DNA of 63,879 bases, counting the filler, from Sphacelaria rigidula (taxonomy: Eukaryota): the NCBI GenBank assembly GCA_964200075.2. It is 10 parts of 10 records of this genome, joined end to end, with 100 filler letters (N's around TTAATTAATTAA, not from the genome) between each part and the next. Parts side by side here need not be neighbours in the genome. Positions count along the whole stretch, not along the records: positions 44,789 to 51,085 come from CAXNAA020020944.1; positions 51,186 to 57,482 come from CAXNAA020020945.1; positions 57,583 to 63,879 come from CAXNAA020020946.1; 7 more parts are not named here. The stretch is one strand, 5' to 3'. A program made the position numbers and the translations under genes. Under the pieces are notes generated by a model. It ran no database searches. It saw nothing but the letters and a program-made list of their open reading frames with translations, and was not told where the DNA came from. Each line of letters opens with the position of its first letter. Within the stretch, counting starts at the first letter, position 1. Below are positions 48,056-60,105 of this stretch, piece after piece.

Positions 48056-49167
48056 TGTAAAAACGTGCGAAAAGTTGTTCTTGTGCGCGACGGATGTCCG
48101 TGGGGATCAAACGGAGCAGTAGTGATAGCATAGGTGTATGGTGGTTTTTGGCTCTTGGGGAATAACGGTTATGCCGTCAGCTTAGGGGTGGATTTTTGTG
48201 TGGAATTGTTTTGATCCGAGAAATTCGAGGGATCTTTCTGTGTTCTAAGCTGGCAGATACGGCTCAGGTGTAGAGACAAGAGGCTGAGGTGTGAGTGTCT
48301 TGGTGCTGTTTCAATTTGTAACTCGAAGCATTTTGCGGCACGCGGTCATGTAAGACAGATGATACATCGCAACGATATTCTCCGGGTTGCACTGTTCATG
48401 AGGGGCTGCGGGTGATCGGTCATGCTCGTGCTCAAAGATGATATGCATGTGCATGAGACGTGTACTTGAATGCAGAGGAGTTGGGTGTCGAAATTGGATT
48501 ATCATATTTGGGGTAATTACGGATAGAAGGGCTGTTTTGCCATTCGGGAGTTTTTCCTTGACCCGTATTAAGGACTAATGCCGAGATAGCTCCCCCACAA
48601 AAAGTGCACCGGAGACCATCCGAAAAACCGGCTGCGATCCCTCTATTGGGCTCGTTTGCAGCGATTTCACCCACATGAAAGGCGTGTAGCAGTCTGAAAT
48701 CAGCTATAATGCCCAAATGAGCCGCGTCGTGCAGCGCGAAACCAGCTCTAACGGCATTTTTTATCATCGCCTCCGCGCACGTTTTTGGCCGGTTCGGGGG
48801 GGGGCTATCTCGGCAGCAGTCTAAGGTATACCCGATATCATGCTTGCAGAGAGGATCCAAGGAACGGGCAAGATTTGAGATGTGGCTCCAATTCTGACGG
48901 AGTTCGATTATGTCAGCTTCCCCCACCTATTCGGTGGGCTGCCTGTCAAGTGTTCGTGAAATAGTGTTTATAGTGTGAATTTTGTGTGTATGATCGGTAT
49001 AATATAATACACACATGGTTTTCTTGTCAATCCTGGCCTGGAACGGCCACCCGCTTATCCCGACGATGTAACTGGAACACGTGAAATCCGATTAGGGGGG
49101 TGCGCGGATTAATTTGATGAGGCAGACGGAGACGGGAACGGACGAAACACGAAAATATTGATGTGCT

Positions 49168-49437
49168 GAGCAACCCTACGGTAGGGGTTGCACTTTTTGT
49201 TTCTGGGTCACTTTTGTGTGGGAGCCAAAATATAGGGCTTACTGTGCAATCCAAATCTCCGAGGACCGGACACCCAGAAACATTATGTTTGCACGCAGGA
49301 GCCTTTTCGTGAATCGGTATCATTTTCAGTGTGTTTCAAGTAAAAATGATGCGGATTCTCAAAATAATCCGTCCAACACCCCGAGCAACCCCAAGAAACG
49401 TTTTCGCTAGAAAAGTACAACCCCTACCGTAGCGTTC
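49168..49437. mobile_element. Divergent Sola-like MITE
   Basis: tgct|GAGCAACCCTACGGTAGGGGTTG ... CAACCCCTACCGTAGCGTTC|tgct; the right TIR is slightly truncated. Confidence 0.65.
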
Positions 49438-50337
49438 TGCTGAGAAGCAAACCCACAGTTTGGCGACTTTTGCATGCCGTAGCTTCATTCTTTGGGGATG
49501 GAAAGCAGAGATGTCGGGGCCATGGAACAGTGAGCTGACCAGAAGTTGTGGCGGATTTGGTTTTCTGTTTTGCTTTTTTTTCCAAGCTTGAAACCACGGG
49601 CTTAGTTCCCCGGAAAGGTTCAAGCAGGATCACTAAATCGTTGACCAAGGGGCTGGGCATGTGGCGTGTTTGGGAGCCGAACGAAGAACGATGATGAGGC
49701 AAGTTGCCGCTCAAGATCTGTTCATAAGCAGCCTTTGTGTCTAATGAGAGGGAAGGGGAGGAAATCGTCCAATGCTGTTGAAACGTATACACCACCTACT
49801 CGGGTTACGTAGCCCCGAGCGGAGTACGCACTTGCTTTGTGATCGGTAACACCGGGGAGAGATGGACTGATCTCATGAGACCACGCTCTCGTCCCGAGGG
49901 AGGAGAGGGGTTCAAAGAGTGAAAAAAAAAATGTCATCATGGCTATTTGTATGATGTTACTTCATCCGGAGCCGCCCCAAATTGTAGGTGATAGCAAACG
50001 CCAACTAGCCGAGTGAAATTAAGGGCTATTCTGAGAGCTCCTCATCGAGCTCAAAGACATGGCAAAAGTAGCCGAGTTAACGTATGAAATACAAAATATA
50101 CAAGGGCAAGAGTTGGGATATAACAAATGCCCCCTTACGTTCCCACAGCTCTGAGGTGCTTCATAACAGATAGCGTTTTGGAAACAACAAAGCGATCTCA
50201 GCTGCTGGATCGCTTCGTCCAAACCCCTTTGAGTTTCTCGAAGACGAATCCAAGTAACGAACAATAGAGAGGGGCTAATCTCAAATGCGGTTTGCTCCCT
50301 TTTATCTCCAACAATTATCGACAACAAATTCACTTAA

Positions 50338-50435
50338 CCCTAAGACCGCGAGATTAGTCTTTCTGGACCACGCATACTTTTTTTCACTTGAAATTGATAC
50401 CGATTCAACAAAAGACTAACCTCGCGGTCTAAGGG
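50338..50435. mobile_element. piggyBac-like MITE (98 bp)
   Basis: TTAA|CCCTAAGACCGCGAGATTAGTCTT ... AAGACTAACCTCGCGGTCTAAGGG|TTAA. Confidence 0.88.
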
Positions 50436-52239
50436 TTAACGACAAATAGGGAATCCTGGAAAATTGAAACGATATTTTTTAATAGGAACAAACAAAGATC
50501 AAAATTTGAAATAATAGTGGCAGATGATACGCGTTAATGGCGTCTATTTCCCTCCCGAAAAGTGGAATGGCTTAGGTCCGAGACAGGCGAGGTATTTGCC
50601 TCCGCATGTACCGGACACGCTCGGCATTTTCTTCTTGCGTCCTGGCGAGGTAGACCGAACCAAGACGACCCGGTATTACGCTGAGGTGGACAGGCACGAA
50701 GCTGAGTGCTTTGAGGGACGGAAGCAGACCAAACCGCACCCCGCCCGTGATGAGTGCACACGACGACAACTTAGATGTTCTGTGGGATGGAGCACTTAAA
50801 AAACCAGCACGAAGCAACAGCAGCTGTCCAGCTAGCGATGCATGCGTGAACCCATTGATGGATTTGCGATCCGGCGGTGTAACGACAATTCATCACGGCT
50901 TGCTTGTGTCATTGAAATATCAACACAAACACCCGACCGCCCGCACAGCAGCAGCAGTAGTGTGGTGCAGTGTATGTAGCAAAAACAGCGCGTACACGTT
51001 GTTGTTGAAATCTCAGACAACAACAACAAATTGTGAGAATTGAGGTTTAACTTCGAGATGAGGCTCAAGCCTAAAACAGTGCTTTNNNNNNNNNNNNNNN
51101 NNNNNNNNNNNNNNNNNNNNNNNNNNNNNTTAATTAATTAANNNNNNNNNNNNNNNNNNNNNNNNNNNNNNNNNNNNNNNNNNNNCTGCAACCTCAAATT
51201 TGGACGTTATAGACCTTGCACGAGGTCTGGCCACCCGTGTGTGTTATGGTAGGCTCAAGAAAAGGAGGGTTAGCTTCCCTATCCCATGTCTATGTCCGGG
51301 CTGTGATATGGTGTCGGAGAAAAGACACGAAAAAAATAACGGTAGAGGGAGGAATGTAGAGAAAGAGAAGAAGAAGGAAACTCAAGTGGAACGGGAAAAC
51401 ACATCGTTACTGAGAAAAAGGAGGAAATACGGTTGGGGGAAACATGAAAGAAAAAGAAAGTCCAGCTTTGGTACATCATGTCTATATCCATTTTGTGCGC
51501 TTCTGGGGGGACCCAAGTTGGTTTATTTAGGTTTTTGCATGTCTGCTGTGTCTGTCGGTCCGGGACTTTCTTTGTCAGGTGGCGGTCCCTGGTATATGTA
51601 CGGTGACGGCCCGTATAGTCGACGTCTAGGTTTTGGTGGCTTGTTTGTACAGCGCCGTTGCCACTCGACGCCAATCCAAAAGTCTGGAGGAGGGGAGCGA
51701 TGCCGGTGGTGAAGTGGGGCAAGTATGAGGCGCCGATCCGATGGAGCAAGGGAGCGCGAGACCATGGAAGAATGCAGAGGCCAGAGATGGATTCCGAAGG
51801 ATAGTATACTCCATATGTGGCCACGTCGAGCGTTCATTCGCTGACAACTTCGGATTGATAGTGGTCGATTAACGCATTGCGTAATTTTGATTCTGCATGA
51901 GGCTTAGGAATCATTGACTTCGAGTGAAAGCGCAGTAATGCGACTACTGCCCGCCTGCAGTGATTTGACTGAGCAGGCATCATATTTGCCTCAGTATTTG
52001 GCATATTTTATTTCTTGTTTAATTTATATTTCGACTAGCCATATGATGAGAGATTATCACGTATGGTTTTGTGGGCAAATGTCCTGGTTAAAAGTTTCGT
52101 GAGGTTAAAACCTGTTTTTTGACCCCTAATTATTTTACCTGGTTTTGGTATTGTTAGTCATATTTTATCGCATTATTCAAGTAAGCCTGTTGTTGGGTAT
52201 TTAGGAATGGTTTACGCTATGTCATCTGCCTGAAGCCAT

Positions 52240-52700
52240 CGTTCGGCAACACGGAGACTGCTGTTCGCAGGAGCCCTAACTAGAGAACAGGACGGACGAC
52301 TACCGAAGCGATTGGCATTCGGAACACTAGCGGGAGGGGAGGGCCCAGGACCGGGTGCCCCGAGCAANNNNNNNNNACGAGCGATGGAGGTTAGGAGTTG
52401 AAAGTGCACTCGGGCCTTCTGCAGCAAAGAAAGAAGGGGGGATACCATGGCACGCGGGGGTATTACAGGGAGCGGAGAGTTTGATTACATCTTGGCACAG
52501 GACCGAAGGAGAGGCCAGCCGACTACGTGCACTGAAAAGGGAGTCTCAAGGAGAGTAGGGAGAGGATGGAAGCTATTTACTGCTGACTCCGATGCACCCC
52601 TCCCTCCGAGGCGGTGGGCGGTGTCATGTGGCACCCCTTCTTGTTTGCCTAGTTTATGCATACGCATAGCTGTCCTCTCAGAGGCCCAAGAATAGGTTTC
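52240..52700 (+). mobile_element. 3' fragment of the same RTE-like LINE family as 10560-11900
   Basis: Shares GACTACCGAAGCGA, AAGAA.GG..GGATACC.TGGCACGCG.GGGT and GCTGACT.C.ATGCACCCCTCCC with 11430-11900. Confidence 0.8.
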
Positions 52701-52929
52701 TTCTTTCTTCTTCTTTTCGCTCTTGTTTTTGTTTTGTTTTGTCCTTCCTGTATCGCGTCTGTGTATTTTTCGTGGGTCCGTTTCTTTTTCCTGATTTTCC
52801 TCATACCCCGACATGGGGTGGTAGCCTGTGACCATGGAAGACGTCCGAGTCAAACACCCCTGTACGGCGCTGCGGAGAGACCGGGACGACTTTGCAATGT
52901 GAAGACAACAACAAGCTGGCATGCTTGAA

Positions 52930-55900
52930 AAAGCGCTTTGGGGGATTTGTTCGGGATTGTTTCGCGTAGAACTTCGATTGGTTCTTTAATTTCAATCTCG
53001 GGTACGATCCCGAGGCCAGGGTAGCGTCAAATATTTCCTCCATCTGGGCTTGACTTTTGAAATGATCTCACGTGTCTCCGACCAGGTGCCATGGTCACGA
53101 AAGACATCTAGAAGTCACGATCATTCCAACACGATTGACGTTGTGATGGATCACGACAACAAACGGGTGCAACTTGAATTTGGTACACGATTTCTCCATG
53201 GATTTGGAGAAAAACATGGCCCGAGATGTGGTGTTTGATGGTCCCGAACACTAAGAAAGCGATGGGAATCAAGGAAAAAGTATTGTACGCACCCTTTCTT
53301 CAACAGATGATATCTTTGATGTGAAGTCTCATTCAGGTACCGAAGCATGACGGCTAAACCGGTGCTGGATCATGCGTTCGTATTAGACACCCATCGTCAT
53401 GGTGGTCGCTTATTGCGGAAACCATCGCTTGACACGAATCACCCTGCTGATTCGGACGCGGACTGTCGCGACGAGTTCAATATTTTTAGCCGCGACGGTC
53501 GGCCATTCGAAACATCATCAATTTCCTTCCTCCATTCCACTCAATATAACCATTCGACGACGTTGAGGGGATGCTCGGCGGGGCAGTTGACACTCTCCAC
53601 TTGTTTTGTAGAATGGTATAGCGGTATATATACAGTACTTTTCCACACGACTCTTCACTCTATCGTTACACGTCCATGTGCTTCCGACAACTGATACCTT
53701 CTTTCGCCCAACAGAGATGGGCGTCCCCACTTTACACGAGTCATACACACCACGATCCCTGCCGTCACTTCCGCGTACTTGTGCATACTCTTGCTACCTC
53801 TCGTGCGGAACAAGTTAGAAACCACCATCGCTGAGTAGTGTTGGGCGACCTGCGGCTACTGCTGGTGAAATGCCCCGCACCCCGACGAGGACCACTTCGG
53901 GCATGTGTTCCGACGATGAACATGAGTCCCGCAGCGAGTTCCGCGCAGTCCCACGTGCCCACGACTACAACCACCACCTTCAGGCATACCTTGTTCGACC
54001 AACAAGAACGAAATGTCAAGAAGCGTATTCGTGTTGAACGGGAAGCGCTTTCTCCTCTCCCGGCACCCAAATGGGGTGCACGCAGACACCGTACAAGTAA
54101 ACGCCGGTTCGTGCATGGTGTAGGCGATTGCCGACGAACACCAGGACCAACCCGAACAGTAGATATCGCCATGTCGACTGCAGTGCGCAGTGTCACTTCT
54201 TCTCCGTCCTCGGCAGAATTCGCCCAGCGCACGACAGAGCGACGACCTCGTTCTCGAGTTCGAAAAATATACTTTACATTCGTTCTCACGGTGCCGGAGA
54301 CCAACGAGAAAAATAGTGAATTGCCACAGGGGTACACAGACGTCGACAAATTGACTCTGCTATCGTTGCCAGTATTCCTCCCGGATTGGACTACCCGTTT
54401 TCGCGGCGGTAACATGATGTGTTGGGCCGATCCCGTCGTTCCGCGATCCAGGCTTCGGTCACCAGGTTTTTCATGCACAATTGGCGAGCGAAGTTGTCGT
54501 GGAACCGGACGAGGTGACACCATCTCCTTCTACTGATACCAACTGCTACAGTGCGCTGAGTACTCCATCCTACGTCGGGCATGACGCGCAGAGCAGGGAG
54601 ACGGGTACGGCGGAACGGGAGATGGGTCAGTGATGCACTGGACAAGACGACAGCGTGCGGGTCGGAATATCTTGTGACCGTTTCGGGTTCTCGGGAAGGC
54701 TTCCTGGGAATAATTTGTTCTCAGCGCGCTACGTGCACCCCTACTTTTCACTGTCGGGATTGCGACAAAGCCATATGGGGTGCTGTCAATCAAAATGTGA
54801 ACTTCCTCAGTACGAACGAGCGGGGGTCAATCCACCGAACGCAGAGACCAACAGGTATGACGGATGATCCGACTTCTCCCAGTGCTTCCTGATCGAGGGT
54901 TGAAACGTGTCTTGTGTTGTGGGGAGTGTGCCCAATGTTGGCATTTGAACAACCGTTGCTGCTTCGAGGACGAGCAGGAGTGGAACCTTGCGGGAGGAAC
55001 CGGTCCGGAGAACCTCTTTTCCCCCTTTCGTGGCATCACTCGTGGGTGACTTGCCGTCTTTTCGCACTCGCTATTTGTACCGGAAGTTCAACCAACTAGG
55101 CCATACTTACAGTCATCACTCCGGTTCTTCCTGCGCTTCCCGCCTTTTCTTCCATGTCCTCTGCGTTTGTGGCCTGGACGATGGATAGAAATGTCGAGGT
55201 CCCGCACGAAGGACACGGCGATGTCAGTACTGAGGGTGCGCAACGACGAAACCTCAGCATGACAAGCCGGGTTATTGGAACTCGACGGGTTATCACCGTG
55301 CATGCTGTAGTGGTCTTCGCGGCAGCGAGACTCGCCCCGAGAATGAATCTACCGCTGATTCGTCGACACATACAACCACTGGTGTCCACGAGATGATGCG
55401 GGCAGGTTCGTCATCACTCGTTTTCAGAGGGCGTTACGCTCGAGGGTTCATCAGTCGTCGTGGCTTGAAAATAGATCTTGAACAAAAATTGCACGAGGAG
55501 CGTTCGTTACTGGAGACTCATTTCTTTGAACGGCACTCGACAATCCTTGTATTCGACGAATCACGTAGCAACAGCGGCGTTGCTAGAAAATGAAGTACTG
55601 GCACAGTGGAGCCACAGTAGCATGACGCGTCCATGCCAGCCGTCGACCACCATTGCCGCCGGAGATAAGACTGCATTTCAACGTATCCAATACGCCGTCG
55701 GGGTCGAGTATGAATACGTGCAGTCGAGTATCCGCCCGTGGGTGCGCTCGATGGGAATATCAGTCTTCACGGGAGCAATGCTACGGTAGGGGTGCACTTT
55801 TTTCGCGAAATTTTGTCTGGTTCAGGGGCTCCTAACGATTCTAGACGGANNNNNNGCGTACTCTCGCATATTTTTATAAGTCGTGTTTTGGATGAGATAA

Positions 55901-57100
55901 GGGGCTCCTAACAATTCGAATCTCAGAAATTATTTCTGTACCCCTACCGTAGCATTACTCACGGCAAGGTTCGACGCACAGTATCGAGATTCGACACGCG
56001 ACACATTCCGCACCTCTCGGCCTCTTGCGCTTCCTGGAAGACCTTCTGCACATAGACATGGTACAAGAATTGCTCACGCCTTCACCACGAAGCCGCGGAG
56101 AATGCAAAACGAAGTCATGTTGCGGACGCGGCCCCGAGTGCATCCGTCACGGTGCCCACTACGCGTTATTCTACGGTTCCCCGATCCTACACCTCCATAT
56201 CCATACCTTATACAGACCTTCGTATCATGACAACTTGACGGGTCCTTGACGGAACCCTGCGGGCCTAGAGCCCCTCTCACGCCATGTTTCCATCTTGTTT
56301 TGTAAGCAGGGTAGCTAACTGGCTCTAGAGTTGTTGTACTGTCGAGCAGCTTCATCATTTCTCGACAGGCTAGCCGCGTTGACGTTGCCAAACCGACTCA
56401 GTGGTCATACCCGAGGGCATCGAATTCTCGAAGCGGATGGCGTCCGGCATATGCCGCACATATTCTGCTACTCGTGTATCCCAGAATTCCATGTTGCAAA
56501 AACACGTTCCAGGACCCGAGAATACCATACCGGGGTAGAAGTCCTTCTTCAGCATCCTACCTTTTCTGCNNNNNNNNNTAGGCACACATCCTCCTCGTGT
56601 CGCATTCGGACGCAGTTCCTGCATTTCGAAGGTCGGAATGTAGGGTGAGCGGTTCCAGGAGCACAGCTCTCCGTTTCGAGTCAAACCGTGGGAGTTCGAA
56701 ACCGCTCGAAATGAGCAGGTTTCACCCCTTGTGTGTGTGTTGTGTATCGCTTCCCTGGCCTCCCCCAATTCATCCTTTACAGGGAAGAGCAAGGAGATAT
56801 GGTGCAAATGTTCCCGTTCAGTTCGGCTCCGAGAATTCAGCTCGATCAACCATGAGGAAACAAACCGATGCGTTCCTTGCGAAAAAATTGGCAGCTCGTT
56901 CCTCGCACACGGGGAGTCGACACGTTGTGAAAATGGTTCAAAGTCGAGGGTATCCAGAGTTTCGATCAACGGCATTCCCAAGAATTTTCCTAGTCGAGAT
57001 GTTCACATGGCTCCACGCCATCAAAATCCGTAGCATCCCTCCTCAATCGAACCCATCAGCTTTTTTATCGTTGATTAGTGAAGTGAAGACTGATTGAGTT
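52930..57100. pseudogene. Block of decayed, apparently intronless, closely packed ORF fragments of unknown origin
   Basis: Protein-like fragments on both strands (53838-54536 +, 56370-56981 -, 56074-56391 -) broken by frameshifts. No poly-G or typical intronic repeats except one MITE. No family recognised. Confidence 0.35.
55773..55960. mobile_element. Sola-like MITE (4-bp TSD ACGG; contains a small gap)
   Basis: acgg|GAGCAATGCTACGGTAGGGGTGCAC ... GTACCCCTACCGTAGCATTACTC|acgg; internal sequence similar to 41126-41382. Confidence 0.82.
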
Positions 57101-58262
57101 CTTCTGTGTTTGGCCAAGTGAAGCGCCGAAAGACCACCTTTGTTTTCCAGACTGCACGACGCAAGTATTCAAAGGGGTGGCGTACTCAGTTGTTGCGTGT
57201 GTCAGTCGTTCATCCATTGACCACGCATCCCCTTCGAGACGGACCACCCTCTTCTACCTATCTGAGTGGGAGTGCATCGTGAAACCGAGCGTAAACAAGT
57301 AGGCGTCGACATCCCGAGATGAAGTTCCATTACTTGTGGTGATCACCACGAGAGAATTCGTTGTGCCGTAACATCACTTTCACTCTGCAATATCCATCAA
57401 ATTTTGCTGTGGGGGGGGTTCGCGGGAAACCCGCTTTGGCAACGCCTCGGAACTCGCAACTGCTCTTTAAATGTGCTCACCGNNNNNNNNNNNNNNNNNN
57501 NNNNNNNNNNNNNNNNNNNNNNNNNNTTAATTAATTAANNNNNNNNNNNNNNNNNNNNNNNNNNNNNNNNNNNNNNNNNNNNTGGTCTGATGACTATGGC
57601 ATGCATGATCATGATTACACCCCCCCCGTGTTTTGCTTTTTTTCTTCGTGGGTTGTCGACGACGGAACATCTCAGGACAGTTTTTTTTCGGAACTAAATC
57701 GCCAATAACTCACGCAGAAGAGAAAAAAACACGGGGGGATTTTCGGGGTTGTTTCATGAACGTCCTGTACATCGTGTCAAAATTTCATCGAAAAAGATCC
57801 AAAATTGAGCCCCAAGACTCGCGTGTCAACATTCCCGTTCGAATCTTCGGCGGCCCAGCCTGTATGGAGGATTGTGTGACGTGTTTGTTCTCGGTCATGA
57901 ACCCATGGATTGACGTGATTCGGCGGAGACAGGAGATTGTGCTAACTTTGTTTACTCGGTACATAACCTATCGATAATGAGAAAAATAATCATAGCTGGG
58001 CGCGATTCTACAAGGGAAAAATATATATATGGAGATGGTAATCAACGCAGATAAATGGACATTATATTTGCTGTTGCGCCCCATGCCACCGCAAAAGACA
58101 TGCGGGGCGCGCTGCACGGCTCTCGACACGTGGCGCTCCACACTCCACACTCACGTATGCATCAACTCGTTGCATTGCCTCGCAGACTGCTGCTGAAACT
58201 ACAACTTCAGCGTGCCATGACAGATAACAAATATTTGAACATAAAATGAATGATGGGCCCTA

Positions 58263-59293
58263 CAGGTTGGTTCAAGGTGAATGCCGAAAATGTATTCCCC
58301 ACTAGCCACAGAACGCAAGACTGACCCGATATAAAGATATTTCGTACCATGGTGATCCCCAAGAGCAAGCGAACAGTGAGACATGGCCAGATTTCTTCTC
58401 GCGTCCTTTGTCGTGGCGCTACTAGTGAAAATATTTCTACTGCAGGACGATCAACGGCCTTGAAATGGTTCTGGAAGTGAACATGTCATTTTCAGTCTCA
58501 ACTTATACCCAATTCTTTCACGAATCGAACTTGAGCAACCGTCACTAGCTAGGGAATCTAACGCAAAAAAAATACTTGAAAAAGGTTTGTATGGGATGAA
58601 GTTGTACCCCAAAACGTGGTATTTCGGTGATACGGGGTTTTGGCGTCGTCCAATTTCCACGGATAGTATGCATCGAAGAATCAGAAGGCTCTGAAGTTTA
58701 TCCTTGCAATTTTCGTAGAAAAGATCCGATCACCCACAGACTTGGAAAGTTTGGTAAATATGGGTGCTATGAATGGAAAAACAAATTGCTCGAGAATATT
58801 TCACGGTTTATCCGCCCTCTACCGGCTTCCGGGGTCCCAGCGTGCAGACCCCCCAGACGTCGGCACAGATTGCTTCAAAATTCAAGAGTCAACTCGGGCT
58901 CCTCCCGAGGTAGTCCGAGTAATGACTGTACGAAGTCTCGCTGCGTAGCTCGATAAGCTGAACCCAAATAGCCAATTTAAGTTCAAGCGCGCAAGAAAGA
59001 CGTCGATAGCATGCTACATTCAGGTAATTAGAGGAGTTCCGCGTACGTCTGTATACTTCAACGAACAAACGATCAATTTCTCACGCGGTTTTTCGGAGTT
59101 GGACACCCTGTAACTTTGCAACCTGGGATCCCGGATATCTGGCGAAAAACGAAAAAGACCGAAAGGTCCCATTTATACAGCCCTCTTAAATATCTCAGAG
59201 TACCCGTATGCAAGATTTCAGGGTCTAACTCCAAAAGTCGGTGTGAGCAATCGCTGGGGAAGAAATTCCGGTCGTTCACCCTAAACCAGCCTG
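58263..59293. mobile_element. Non-autonomous Tc1/mariner-like element related to 23868-24989
   Basis: TA|CAGGTTGGTTCAAGGTGAA ... TTCACCCTAAACCAGCCTG|TA; subterminal similarity to 23870-23990. Confidence 0.7.
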
Positions 59294-60024
59294 TATGCAC
59301 AATCACGACATAGTTCCTATTTGCACGTTGTCTCGGGTTCATCGAGACGGGGGGGGTGGATCTACTAGCATACCTACTCATTATCCTTCTATTTTTTCCT
59401 CACTTCTGACCCCTCCATTCCTCAGTACCAGTCCGGGATCTCTAGGGATCAGCCCATCTCTCCCCCGGCACACGCCTTATATTTCGGTATCGCGGATTGG
59501 ATCATGACAACAGTAACACTCCCGCACTGCGTCCTCTGTAGTCTGTAAAAATTAGCCAAACTAGACGCATCTAGCGGCAGCCGCAGTGGTGTCAATCGTA
59601 CCTTCACACCACCGAGGCAGAATGACTGTTGTTTTTTCTTATTTCGTTATATCTTCAACCCTCTCCTTCCTTGGAACGAGTCCGTGATCTCAAATCTCAC
59701 GGGATCATCAACCCATCTATCCCCCGTTGCACGCCTTGCATTTTGGTCTCGCTGATTGGATCATGACCAACACCCCCGCGCCGCGTCGACTCGAAAACCA
59801 AACTCACTCGTTCTGTTCGACTTTCGTCTGTTCCTTTTTATTATTCAGCGAGTGTTTCACTTTAGCTTTTCTTGGGTACGTCTATTATGCAACCACGGCT
59901 GGATCATGACCCCTGGAGGATCAACCAATCAAATCAGTCGACTCGAGTATGTCTGCTACTCATGTCCTGACGTCCTGACGCTTTCATCGACACAAGCCAG
60001 ATAGTTGAAAGAAAAGTTACAAAC

Positions 60025-60105
60025 GCGTCTGACGGGAATTGAACCTACGTTCTTTACACTCTTTTGACGTCAGCTGTATCATTACACCACCGGGGTGCGG
60101 CGGTC
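60025..60105 (-). repeat. tRNA-derived SINE-like head; second copy at 62098-62180 (+)
   Basis: Both copies begin GACCGCCGC.CCCCGGT.GTGTAATG (A-box-like) and have a B-box-like GGTTCAATTCCC / GGTTTCGATTCCC. No full cloverleaf. Confidence 0.55.

Noticed and set aside
48432..48926. 164-aa minus-strand ORF convergent with the fusion gene, a possible partner gene
   Set aside because: GTG start, no recognisable motif and no convincing exon boundaries.
6300..57582. Regularly spaced TTAATTAATTAA motif every ~6.4 kb resembling a periodic array
   Set aside because: Artificial linker embedded in N-runs between size-sorted contigs. For the same reason, no cross-contig gene neighbourhood or operon-like system can be inferred.
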